A stretch of DNA of 64,000 bases from Patescibacteria group bacterium (GTDB taxonomy: Bacteria; Patescibacteriota; Patescibacteriia; UBA1558; UBA10009), in the NCBI GenBank assembly GCA_041662565.1, contig JBAZSE010000002.1, positions 91,244-155,243 on the forward strand, written 5' to 3'. Of this stretch, positions 1 to 9,287 are shown one piece after another. How positions within the stretch are numbered: position 1 is the stretch's first letter; every line of letters begins with the position of its first letter. The notes beneath the pieces were generated by a model. It saw nothing but the letters and a program-made list of their open reading frames with translations, was not told the origin of the DNA and ran no database searches. A program made the translations under genes and the position numbers.

Positions 1-995
1 TTTTTAGCGTAGCCAAGCCAGGCGATAAAGTAATGGGTATGAGCTTACTGTTTGGTGGCCACTTAACCCATGGTTGGAAAGTTAATTTTTCTGGCGTATA
101 CTATAATTCCGTCCAGTACCAAACAGGCCCTGATGGAATTTTGGATTATGATGAATTGGAAAAAATCGTTAAACAGGAAAGACCCCGTGTTTTATTCTGC
201 GGAGCTACTGCCTATCCAAGATTATTTGATTACAAGCGCATTGCCGAAATTGTGCACTCGGTTGACGGCTACTTTATCGCTGATATTGCCCATGAGTGCG
301 GTTTAATGGCGGCTAAAGTTATCCCTACTCCGGTAGGACATGCTGATATTATTACTACTACCACTCACAAATCATTAAGAGGCCCCAGAGGCGCCATGAT
401 TATGTGCAACGGCAAAACTTCGCATCCTTTAAAACCCTTGAGCGAAGATGAGCCCATGAGAGAAAATTTGCCAACCTTAATTGATCGGGCGATTTTCCCA
501 GGGCTTCAAGGCGGACCACACAACCACACCACTACTGCTATTGCCGTGGCTTTAGGCGAGGCCTTAAAACCTGATTTTAAAGTTTATGCCCAGCAAATAT
601 TGAATAATGCTAAGGCGCTTAGCGCCTCATTAATGCATGAGGGTTTAAACTTAGCTACCGGCGGAACCGATAATCATTTGATGATTATTGACCTAACAAA
701 CTTAGATATTGGTGGCAAAGAAGCCGAGCTTGCTTTGGAAGAAATCGGTATTACGGCCAATAAAAACACCATTCCGTTTGATAAGCGCAAACCCTTTGAT
801 CCTTCCGGAGTGCGCCTTGGTACCCCTGCTTTAACAACCAGAGGATTTAAAGAAGATGAAATGAAACAGATCGGCCAACTAATTGCCAAAACCTTAAAAA
901 ATACCAAAAACGAAACCGTGAAAGAAGAAATTAAAAAATCAGTCCTGGAAATGACTGACAAATATCCTCTGTATCAGAATTTGAAATACAGCTAA
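1..995 (+). CDS. glyA: serine hydroxymethyltransferase, 5'-partial (reading frame open to window start)
   Basis: TTTTHKSLRGPRG (PLP-Lys region) and GGHLTHG motifs; no stop upstream of Met33 in frame. Confidence 0.85.
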   Translation, partial: FSVAKPGDKVMGMSLLFGGHLTHGWKVNFSGVYYNSVQYQTGPDGILDYDELEKIVKQERPRVLFCGATAYPRLFDYKRIAEIVHSVDGYFIADIAHECGLMAAKVIPTPVGHADIITTTTHKSLRGPRGAMIMCNGKTSHPLKPLSEDEPMRENLPTLIDRAIFPGLQGGPHNHTTTAIAVALGEALKPDFKVYAQQILNNAKALSASLMHEGLNLATGGTDNHLMIIDLTNLDIGGKEAELALEEIGITANKNTIPFDKRKPFDPSGVRLGTPALTTRGFKEDEMKQIGQLIAKTLKNTKNETVKEEIKKSVLEMTDKYPLYQNLKYS

Positions 996-1303
996 ATTAT
1001 CCTGGTTTCTTTTCTTACCCAATCACGATAAGCTGGATTTCTTTGATCAACATCAAGTTCTAAAATGCACGGCACCGAGTAGCTGTGCATTTTTTTAATT
1101 ATCGCTTCAACTTTTTTATAGTTCTCTTTTCTGGTTTTTAAAAACATGGCCGTTTCTTTGTTTAAAACAACTTTACTTTTCCAAACGTAAGTTGAAGTAA
1201 CCGACCACCAATTGGCGCAAGCGATTAATTTCAACTTTAATAAAACGCCGGCGATTTTTTTCGCTTCAGCGGGATTTTTACAAATTGTATAAATTAGAAT
1301 CAT
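992..1303 (-). CDS. CutA-like divalent-cation tolerance protein
   Basis: 103 aa, CutA1-like sequence pattern (ACANWW, SVPCILEL). Confidence 0.45.
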   Translation of the reverse strand: MILIYTICKNPAEAKKIAGVLLKLKLIACANWWSVTSTYVWKSKVVLNKETAMFLKTRKENYKKVEAIIKKMHSYSVPCILELDVDQRNPAYRDWVRKETRII

Positions 1304-1467
1304 ATTTTATGTCATTTCGAGCAAGCCAGTGAAGTGTCGGGAAGTGCTCCTAGGAAATATTTTGTAGCCGAGGACCTGTTTGAGTGACCAAGCAACGGAC
1401 AGCGAAGCTGTACGGAAGCGAGGGCACGAGTTCCGCAGGCAAAAAATATTGCCTAGGAGCACTGACC

Positions 1468-2244
1468 CTAAAACAATTTAGTTTGCCAATGTTCCTGCTG
1501 GCCTAAAATTTTAACCTCAATAATCTTATCAATGTTAAATATCCTAATGGCCTGTTTTAAATGGCAGTAGGCCTGCAGTTGGTTGCCTTTGATGGATTTG
1601 ATATCGATTTTCCGTACAGATCTTTCTTCTACTTCGGTTTTTAAATATTCAATTTCCACCTGTTGGCCGTTTCTAAACGCCTCGGAAATTTGCTTAGAAA
1701 CATCATTGCCATTGCCCCATCTAATTGGAATAGGCAACCGGCGGCCCTGCGATTCGTACCATAAATGACCATGTTTTTTGCCGTATTCATAAACATCCCG
1801 AGTAATGCGCACATCATCCAAACAATACTTGATTAAAGTATCCCAATCCTTATCGCGATAATACTTTAAAGCATCCAAACCGGAACCGCTTTTGCCTTCA
1901 CCCAAAGTGCTTTGGGCTAATGATTCCAATTTTAACCGGTGACCCAGTGCCAAATTAACTTCTTCCAAAATATCCAAATGAGGCAGTTTGCTTAAATTGA
2001 ATTTGTAATACGGTTGAAGAACCGCAAAATCAAAACTTTTGGAATTAAAACCAATGATTAAAGAAGCGGCTTTTAACCACTCGCCCATTTCCTTAAACTC
2101 TTCTTCCCTAAATGCCCTAAACTGGTTGCGGGAGTAAGAATAAATCCCGCAAACCGAAACCTCCAGCAGATGGCAATTTTGGTGCCCGCCCACATCATCA
2201 AAACTTTTTTTGGTTTCCAAATCCAAAACCAATTTATCATCCAT
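1468..2244 (-). CDS. RNase H-like 3'-5' exonuclease (DEDD) domain protein; alternative upstream start at 2343 overlaps ribF-kinase gene
   Basis: MDDKLVLDLETKK exo motif I, later FDFAVL and CLDDV motifs; start chosen to avoid 80-nt overlap. Confidence 0.45.
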   Translation of the reverse strand: MDDKLVLDLETKKSFDDVGGHQNCHLLEVSVCGIYSYSRNQFRAFREEEFKEMGEWLKAASLIIGFNSKSFDFAVLQPYYKFNLSKLPHLDILEEVNLALGHRLKLESLAQSTLGEGKSGSGLDALKYYRDKDWDTLIKYCLDDVRITRDVYEYGKKHGHLWYESQGRRLPIPIRWGNGNDVSKQISEAFRNGQQVEIEYLKTEVEERSVRKIDIKSIKGNQLQAYCHLKQAIRIFNIDKIIEVKILGQQEHWQTKLF

Positions 2245-2260
2245 AGTTTTTTTGCTAGCG

Positions 2261-2632
2261 CTAAGTGTTAGCAACGGGTTCAACCGGTTGGGGCCTGCTC
2301 CAAATTTCTTGCGCTTGTTTAATATCTGTTTGAATCTTGGCAATCAATTGCTCGCGATCATTGATTTTTAAAATCCCGCTTAATTTTTCTTTAATTTCCA
2401 CCTTTAACTGTTGATCATATAAATCACCGTTAAAATCGGCCAGCCAAACTTCTAGGCCATCAACCAAACCGATAACCACCAGTGAATGATATTGTTTATT
2501 ATTAAAAAACGTTTCGGCCAAATAAACACCCGGATCATAAAGCCGAGCCACGGTGGTTTTAACATTAGCCGTGGGAAAACCCAACTTTCGGCCTTCGCCT
2601 TTACCTTTTTCTACTGTTCCTAAAATTTTCAT
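2261..2632 (-). CDS. riboflavin kinase (RibF kinase-domain only)
   Basis: GEGRKLGFPTANV signature of riboflavin kinase. Confidence 0.7.
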   Translation of the reverse strand: MKILGTVEKGKGEGRKLGFPTANVKTTVARLYDPGVYLAETFFNNKQYHSLVVIGLVDGLEVWLADFNGDLYDQQLKVEIKEKLSGILKINDREQLIAKIQTDIKQAQEIWSRPQPVEPVANT

Positions 2633-2729
2633 AATTGATGTAATTATCTTTAAAATGCCCTCCTATCTTACTATAAAATTGAATAAAAATAAATACCCGA
2701 TGTATGAACGTTTTTCCCCAAAACCGCAA

Positions 2730-2758
2730 TTGACAGCTAGAAATAATTTGGCTAAAGT
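2730..2758 (+). promoter_or_regulatory. sigma70-like promoter (TTGACA-17-TAAAGT) preceding ORF-free structured region
   Basis: -35 TTGACA at 2730-2735, 17-nt spacer. Confidence 0.35.
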
Positions 2759-2764
2759 AAATAT

Positions 2765-3232
2765 ACTCGCACAAGGGGATAGGTTCTATTAAATGCCTGA
2801 TTATTCGTCAACTAACTTAGGAGGCTATCTGCGCCACTTAAATTTTGGCTTGACCCGGCTTTTACAGCCAACGATACCAGTCCTCCTGGATTGGACCCGT
2901 TAAAAGTTCGAGACCGATTCTCCTATTACATGGAGGGACCCCATATATGAATGTCTGGCATTTTGCCGACATTTGCTCTGACTCGCCATATCGTTTAATG
3001 GATGTTGAATGCTGGTGAGGAGTGATCCTGCAAACAACTATGAGTCATTGAGCTCGATTCAGTCATCCGACTGACCCGCCGGGAACAATCCCGATCCAAT
3101 TACCCGAATATTTTTCGGGAGAATTTCGAATGATCCTTTTCAGCGGTCTGTAAAACCGCCAGATGACCTATGGTCAGAGCGCTATTTGCACTGCTTCTTG
3201 CACTGCATCAGCGCTCTGACCGCTTTTTTTTA
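2765..3232 (+). ncRNA. candidate ~450-nt structured non-coding RNA of unknown class, ending in a strong intrinsic terminator
   Basis: 612 bp with no ORF of 60 aa or more on either strand in a compact genome; locally GC-richer; 12-bp perfect stem (ggtcagagcgct/agcgctctgacc) plus T9 at 3172-3231. Confidence 0.35.
3172..3231 (+). terminator. rho-independent terminator
   Basis: ggtcagagcgct ... agcgctctgacc stem followed by ttttttttt. Confidence 0.75.
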
Positions 3233-3400
3233 ACAAATTCACGTCAAAACCGAGCCCGGCAAAGCTTTAGCGAAGACGGGGCGAAGGTTGAGGCGTAGAA
3301 TTTGTTAACCCGCCGAAGCCATGGGCGTAGGCGGGTAAGTTACAATATCCCGCCAAAGCCGAGCTAAGCTCGGCGTCGGCGGGTTAGTTGAGCTAACAAG
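3233..3400. repeat. cluster of GC-rich palindromic hairpins (cccgccRaagcc / ggcgtMggcggg units) downstream of uvrD-like gene
   Basis: aacaaattc/gaatttgtt inverted repeat; cccgccgaagcc-atg-ggcgtaggcggg; cccgccaaagccgagc-taa-gctcggcgtcggcggg. Confidence 0.5.
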
Positions 3401-3404
3401 AACA

Positions 3405-5462
3405 CTAAACATCCGGTAAGTAACTAACCCCTCTATCATTAAGCTCGCCTTTAAGCCAATTACGTCCGCCAGCCATCAACCTTACTTCTTCCAATAATTC
3501 TTCTTCAATCTCCCGTAAAAACTGCGAAGGCGTATTTAAATTAAAAGAGTTGTAACCGCCCATTAACGGATAGGATAAAAACAAATACTTTTGGGCTCTG
3601 GTAATGGCCACGTAAAACAATCTGCGCTCTTCTTCCAAACCGCCATCTTCACCTAACGCGCGCTGATTGGGAAAAGCCATATCCACCAAATTTATGACAA
3701 ACACCGCTTCCCATTCTAAACCTTTGGCTTGATGAATGGTAGATAAGATAATCCTATCGTGATTACCCGATGGCCTTTCTTGACCCAAAGCAAAACTTTC
3801 TTGCAAAGTCATTTCCGAAAGAAAAGAAGTTAAATCATCATACCGTTCGGAAAAAACTGCCAACTGCTCCAAATCATCCAAACGATCCTGCCAATTTGGA
3901 TATTCGGCTTCCAAATAATTCCGGTAATCGGATTTAGCTATTTCTCTAACCATTTCTGCTATGGTTGGTTTGCTATCTGGCGAGCCAACAGCTTTTTTTA
4001 AAATACCAATCAAGCCCCGCCACCCAGCATCAGCCCTGGAACCTAATACTTGCCCTAAATTCAAAGCAATAATTTCGTTAATATCCGAATAATTTTTAAC
4101 TGCCTGATAAATTTTACCCGCAGTAGCTTCGCCTACTCCGCCCTGCAAATTTAAAATACGGAGCCAAGCCACTTCATCCGCCGGATTATTAATTACTTTT
4201 AAATAAGCCAAAGCATCCTTAACCTGGGCGCGTTCAAAAAACCGTACCCCCCCACGATATTCGTAATGAATATCCTGCTTGGTTAGTTCAAATTCCAATT
4301 CTTGCGAATGGTAAGCGGCTCTAAATAAAACAGCAATTTTATCCAATTCCAAACCGTCATTTTTAAGCTGATTTATCTGCTCCACAATAAACTGCGCTTC
4401 TTGCGCGGCGGAATTGGCTGGAATCAAATTTGGTTTAACCGATGAAGCCAGCATAGGACGTAAAACCTTGGCAAACTGATTACGGTTGTTTTCAATCACG
4501 CTATTAGCTACGTCCAAAATTTCAGGCGTACTGCGGTAATTGGTTTCCAATTTAAAAATCTTGGCGCCTTCAAACACCTTAGGAAAATTTAAAATATTGC
4601 CGATATCGGCTGCTCGAAAAGAATAAATGCTTTGCGCATCATCACCCACCACCAATACATTATGATGAACTTGAGAAAGTTCCTTAATAATTTCGGCTTG
4701 AAGATAATTGGTATCCTGATATTCATCAACCAAAATATATTGAAACTGAGCGCTTAAGCGATCACGCACCTCCGAAAATTGTTTTAAGAGCTTTAACCAA
4801 TTAAGCAACAAATCGTCAAAATCCATGCTATTGTTTTTGGCCTTTTTTTCCTCATACTTGCGCTCTATTTTGGCAATGGTATCGCTGATTTTTAACCACT
4901 TGGGATGCCTGGTATCAATAACTTCTTCCAAAGGAATTTCAGAATTTTTGGCAAAGCTGATTAATTCTTTTAACACTGCCGGCGAAGGAAATCTCTTGGA
5001 CTTAGTATCAATGTCTTCTTCTCTTAAACAAACTTTTAAAAGTGATTTAGCGTCTTCTTCATCCAGAATAGTAAAGTTAGGTTCAAAACCCAACATCTTG
5101 GCGTATTTGCGCAAAACCCGATTGCCAATGTGATGAAAAGTTCCACCCCAAAGTCCGGCCGGAAAATAACCCAACAACTGTTCCACTCGCGATAACATTT
5201 GATTGGCGGCTTTGTTGGTAAAAGTAACTAACAAAATATTCTCAGGGTTGACCCCGCGCTCGATTAGATACGCCACGCGATAAACAATGGTTCTGGTTTT
5301 ACCACTGCCTGCGCCAGCTAAAACCAAACAAGGCCCTTCGCCTTGGGTCACTACATTATATTGCTCCTGATTCAGTTCTTTCTGATAATCTACTCGAAAA
5401 TCTTTGGAAGTAGATGTATTTGGTAAAATAAATGTTTTAGTCATGCTGGTGTATTTTAGCAT
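3405..5462 (-). CDS. UvrD/PcrA/Rep-family ATP-dependent DNA helicase
   Basis: Walker A GAGSGKTRT, VDEYQDTN, helicase superfamily 1 motifs. Confidence 0.85.
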   Translation of the reverse strand: MLKYTSMTKTFILPNTSTSKDFRVDYQKELNQEQYNVVTQGEGPCLVLAGAGSGKTRTIVYRVAYLIERGVNPENILLVTFTNKAANQMLSRVEQLLGYFPAGLWGGTFHHIGNRVLRKYAKMLGFEPNFTILDEEDAKSLLKVCLREEDIDTKSKRFPSPAVLKELISFAKNSEIPLEEVIDTRHPKWLKISDTIAKIERKYEEKKAKNNSMDFDDLLLNWLKLLKQFSEVRDRLSAQFQYILVDEYQDTNYLQAEIIKELSQVHHNVLVVGDDAQSIYSFRAADIGNILNFPKVFEGAKIFKLETNYRSTPEILDVANSVIENNRNQFAKVLRPMLASSVKPNLIPANSAAQEAQFIVEQINQLKNDGLELDKIAVLFRAAYHSQELEFELTKQDIHYEYRGGVRFFERAQVKDALAYLKVINNPADEVAWLRILNLQGGVGEATAGKIYQAVKNYSDINEIIALNLGQVLGSRADAGWRGLIGILKKAVGSPDSKPTIAEMVREIAKSDYRNYLEAEYPNWQDRLDDLEQLAVFSERYDDLTSFLSEMTLQESFALGQERPSGNHDRIILSTIHQAKGLEWEAVFVINLVDMAFPNQRALGEDGGLEEERRLFYVAITRAQKYLFLSYPLMGGYNSFNLNTPSQFLREIEEELLEEVRLMAGGRNWLKGELNDRGVSYLPDV

Positions 5463-5568
5463 AAAAACTGGAGAAAAAGAAAAGCTGGACTAAATAGAGG
5501 TGTTATTGAACACATATTCAGTCCAGCAACATGAATAGGTCGGATCGAAGAACAATTGCTTGGGCATT

Positions 5569-6219
5569 TTACTTTTTAAAACCCCAATGGTTTGAACTGC
5601 GGGGTGTCAAAAAATAAGTACCAACCTCTGCCAACCAAAGAGATGCCAGCCAGAAAATTGATAATTCTAGAAATAGCCACCACAAGGCGGTTGTTCCAAG
5701 AACCATCAATAAATGAAGATATCTCTGTTGAGGCAATAAAAACTTGATTGGCCAAGTAATCATGCCTTGTCGGCGATCTTCTTCCACATCCCTCAAATCG
5801 CCAAGAAGATTTCTGACCATAATCAAAATCCCGGCCAACCAAGGCAAACCATCTCTTAAGCCGGTTAAAGCGGCTATCAAAACGACGGTTTGAAGGCCTC
5901 GAAAAATTGGCGACGCTAATCCCCAGAAATGCCTATTCTTTTTCGCATAAAGCATTGATGAAGCAATAAAAATCGCCCCTTCAATTATTGGAAAAAGTAA
6001 TAAACCCAAAGGAAATATAGCACAAGCCAAGCTCTTTGGTATATTGATCCTATAGTCATGAGCGTGGGCCGACTCTAGGTACGCCAAGAAACCGATCCAC
6101 AAACAGATGGCGCCAACCAATTTTACACCAGTAGCGCCCGCTGCCAGCAGTAACAGAATTAGGTCCGCTAAAGAATATATCCTGAGCACACCTACCAACT
6201 TGATGATTTTCATCATCAC
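5569..6219 (-). CDS. polytopic membrane protein, UbiA-prenyltransferase-like
   Basis: multi-TM; NLLGDLRDVEEDRRQG Asp-rich motif. Confidence 0.35.
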   Translation of the reverse strand: MMMKIIKLVGVLRIYSLADLILLLLAAGATGVKLVGAICLWIGFLAYLESAHAHDYRINIPKSLACAIFPLGLLLFPIIEGAIFIASSMLYAKKNRHFWGLASPIFRGLQTVVLIAALTGLRDGLPWLAGILIMVRNLLGDLRDVEEDRRQGMITWPIKFLLPQQRYLHLLMVLGTTALWWLFLELSIFWLASLWLAEVGTYFLTPRSSNHWGFKK

Positions 6220-6417
6220 TCCTTTTTAATTGTAATGTTCATTAACAGTCCATAATATCAATTATTATTACTATTGTCAATTATAAATATTCAATGTTAT
6301 TGATAAATTTACCTAAAATTAGCCAAAAATTAGATTAAATAATTTATTTGTCGGAATAGATTGACATTTTAAATAAACCATGATAAACTTATAACATAAT
6401 CATTAATCCCCTATCAG

Positions 6418-7224
6418 ATGAATATTGAATACTTTGAAAAACTCTCCTCTTTAGGCCTGCAAGATAACGAAGCCAGGGTTTATTTGGCCTTATTGGAACT
6501 TGGCCGAGGCAATGTTACCGAAGTCAGCAAAGCCGCCGGACTTAATAGAACAACCGGCTACGATATTTTAGAACGATTAGGATTACTAGGTTTGGTTAAC
6601 AGATCTACTTTAGGAAAAAAGAAATTAATCTACGTAGCCGAGCCGCCTTCAGCTATTAAGCAATTTTTGGAAGATAAAAAACACTTGTTTGAAAACCGGC
6701 TAAAAAAAGTTGATGATCTAATTTTTAATCTTAATGCCTTAACTAAAGGCGCCAATAAACCGATAATTAAATTTTTTGAAGGGCGTCAGGGTATTAAAAA
6801 TATCTATTTGCATTCTTTACGAGCCACAGAAACTATTTTATCAATTTTGGATTTTAATCAATACATTCCGGAATTTGACCAATTTGGTTTTGATTACATG
6901 GATCAACGTGCAAAATTGGGTATTAAAGAAAAGGTTTTGGCAGTAAAAAATGACATTGGCTTGGATTACTATCAACGAGCTTACAATAATTACCCGAAAC
7001 GACAACTGGTTACTGAATATCGCTGGCTTAAAAATGTACCTAATTTTTCTTTAGCTACCGAAGTTAATATTTATGATGATAAGGTGATGGCCGTATTAGC
7101 CAAGCCGGGTGAAAATATCGCTTTTGAAATCCAAAGCCAGTCATTTGCTAATACACTAAAAACCTTATTCAATCTTAGTTGGCAACACGGCGAAATTTTA
7201 AACAACAAAAAAACGGGAAAATAA
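6418..7224 (+). CDS. TrmB-family transcriptional regulator
   Basis: N-terminal winged HTH (EARVYLALLELGRGNVTEVSKAAGLNRTTGYDILERL). Confidence 0.55.
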   Translation: MNIEYFEKLSSLGLQDNEARVYLALLELGRGNVTEVSKAAGLNRTTGYDILERLGLLGLVNRSTLGKKKLIYVAEPPSAIKQFLEDKKHLFENRLKKVDDLIFNLNALTKGANKPIIKFFEGRQGIKNIYLHSLRATETILSILDFNQYIPEFDQFGFDYMDQRAKLGIKEKVLAVKNDIGLDYYQRAYNNYPKRQLVTEYRWLKNVPNFSLATEVNIYDDKVMAVLAKPGENIAFEIQSQSFANTLKTLFNLSWQHGEILNNKKTGK

Positions 7225-7240
7225 CTTTCCCGTTTTAATT
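7210..7240. terminator. bidirectional hairpin terminator between convergent genes
   Basis: aacgggaaa-ataact-ttcccgtt then T-run. Confidence 0.6.
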
Positions 7241-7247
7241 TTATAAC

Positions 7248-7820
7248 TTAACCTCTCAATTTTACCTCGTAAATAATTTGTTCTAATCTCTTTAAATTGC
7301 GTTTGGCATCATCAAACTTTTGCCTGCTGGAACCGGTTAAATACAAATTAAGCATAAAACCTACAATCTCTTGGGTAAAAGCACGATAATTTTCCAACAC
7401 CTGATAATTGCCTTTAGTGGCCTGCAACACCGCCTGCCTCACCAGCTCGCCGGTTAAATCGGTTAAACCATTAATATATTCTTCGGGCCCAATGGAGGCA
7501 ATCGGCAATTTATTTAAGGTCTTACCGGATATAAATTGATAAAAAGTTTTGGCCTCTACGTATTCTTCCAAACTGGCTTTATAACTGCCTTCAAACCTTA
7601 GGCGGTTATTTTTATTGTAGGATTTATTAAGCTTGGCAATAACGCCTTCAGCATCGCTTAAAGATTTAGCGGCTTCTTGATTTTTGCCGGCGTGAAGCGA
7701 AAAAATCGCGCTTTTAGAGGATTGCAAAATATCCCTGGAAGCATTGATAATCTGGTTGCGTTCTGCCTGATAAGTTTCCAAATCTTTTTTAATTTGGGCT
7801 AAAAATGTTTTGTTGATCAT
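7248..7820 (-). CDS. hypothetical alpha-helical protein (possibly translin-like)
   Basis: 190 aa ORF, no confident motif. Confidence 0.25.
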   Translation of the reverse strand: MINKTFLAQIKKDLETYQAERNQIINASRDILQSSKSAIFSLHAGKNQEAAKSLSDAEGVIAKLNKSYNKNNRLRFEGSYKASLEEYVEAKTFYQFISGKTLNKLPIASIGPEEYINGLTDLTGELVRQAVLQATKGNYQVLENYRAFTQEIVGFMLNLYLTGSSRQKFDDAKRNLKRLEQIIYEVKLRG

Positions 7821-7928
7821 ATTATATTTAATTAATGAATATGCTTATTATACTTAAACACACCCTAAAGCGCAACCATTGCCAAAAACCCCTTAATCTA
7901 TTATTATATCTTTAATCTGCTATCAAAT

Positions 7929-9284
7929 ATGGTTCAAAAAAATCTCTTAAAACAAGTTAATCCGCTTTCAAAAAAAGTTTGGCTTTCCAACTGGCATAAA
8001 TTTTTTTCTGATCCGGAAAAACCGTCTGAACAAGAAAAGTTGAATATTTATTTGGACGAGGGTTTTAAAGAAAAATCTTTGACCAAGGTAGAAATAACAT
8101 ATCCGTCAAAAATCAAACAGTTAGCGGATAAAAAAAATCTAGTTCGATTTTTGGCAACCGAATTAAATAATATTGTTATTACCTTAGGTACGGCTCAATT
8201 AGGGCTAGAAGGCCCTTTAGCTCAAGAGGTGAAATTTTATGTAGAGAAAAAATTACCCCATCTGCAAGAACAGATAAAAGAAAACTTCGGCGGCCAACCT
8301 AAAATCCAGCTTAGTCCGTTAAAAAAATCATTAGCTTTATTTTCGGCCTCGGTTAATCCAAAAGTTAAAATCTTAGGGCCAAGATTAGGCATTGACGTTG
8401 GCGGTACTTCTATTAATCTGGTTTTAGTAGACCACGGACAAGTTATTCAAAGCATTAGTTTTCCCAGCTTTCAGAAAAAAGAAACTTTTCATCAGTTTAT
8501 TAATCGCCTGATTTTACAAATTGAAAAAACGGTTTGGCTTAAAAAATTTAAAGGCATTGGCATTGCTTGGATCGGTGATGCCAGAAACGGCAAACCTTTA
8601 AGAAATTCCGCTTTTTTAAAAAAATTGGACAATACCAATAATTTGATGGAAAAATTTCCCCAAGTTATTTCCAAAAAATTTGGCGTGCCAATAGGTGTTT
8701 GGGGAGATATTGAAGCACTCGGTTGTTATTTAGGTAAAATCGGCAGGGCCAAAAATAGCTGGTTAATCAGGTTAGGCACCAGCGTCGGGGGTGCCTATTT
8801 TGATGCTAAAGGTAATTTTGACATTGGCTTTCATTTGGTTAGCCGGGTAATAATTAATATGTCCAACAAAGCATTTAAACATAATGCGACAGGAGTTAGG
8901 GGCATGGCACAGCAATACGTGGGCAGTTTTGCCTTTACACAGCTTTTGCAAGATAAAAAAATTAAAATACCACCTGGTAAAGGCCCTGGCGAAATTCTTC
9001 AAAAATTATTGATTGGTACAACTACAGATAAAAAAATTGCCCGCGCCATTATTTCACTTTATTCTCAGAATTTACACGAATTGATTAAAGAATTGATCAA
9101 GCATTATAATTTTAAAACGATAATTTTAAGCGGCTCCCCGGTAACTGGACTTTTAGGCAAAACCATTATAAACTCTGTTAAACGAAATTTACTTAAAGAC
9201 AAATTAAAGTTAACCATAAAAAAAGACAGTTTACCGCAAAAATACTCCGGCGCTTTTGCCGTAGCAGAACTATTAAGATTATAA
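7929..9284 (+). CDS. ROK/sugar-kinase-like ATPase domain protein with long N-terminal extension
   Basis: LGIDVGGTSINLVLVD phosphate-1 motif of ASKHA/ROK kinases. Confidence 0.4.
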   Translation: MVQKNLLKQVNPLSKKVWLSNWHKFFSDPEKPSEQEKLNIYLDEGFKEKSLTKVEITYPSKIKQLADKKNLVRFLATELNNIVITLGTAQLGLEGPLAQEVKFYVEKKLPHLQEQIKENFGGQPKIQLSPLKKSLALFSASVNPKVKILGPRLGIDVGGTSINLVLVDHGQVIQSISFPSFQKKETFHQFINRLILQIEKTVWLKKFKGIGIAWIGDARNGKPLRNSAFLKKLDNTNNLMEKFPQVISKKFGVPIGVWGDIEALGCYLGKIGRAKNSWLIRLGTSVGGAYFDAKGNFDIGFHLVSRVIINMSNKAFKHNATGVRGMAQQYVGSFAFTQLLQDKKIKIPPGKGPGEILQKLLIGTTTDKKIARAIISLYSQNLHELIKELIKHYNFKTIILSGSPVTGLLGKTIINSVKRNLLKDKLKLTIKKDSLPQKYSGAFAVAELLRL

Positions 9285-9287
9285 AGT

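Noticed and set aside
70-306. 78-aa ORF in alternate frame inside glyA
   Set aside because: Fully embedded in a well-supported gene; no independent signals.
2765-3232. RNase P RNA or tmRNA in the ORF-free region
   Set aside because: Looked for GGAAAGUCCGGGC and ACAGAANCCGGCUUA (RNase P) and for a GGGG...tRNA-like 3' end with CCA (tmRNA) on both strands. None found, so left as unclassified ncRNA candidate.
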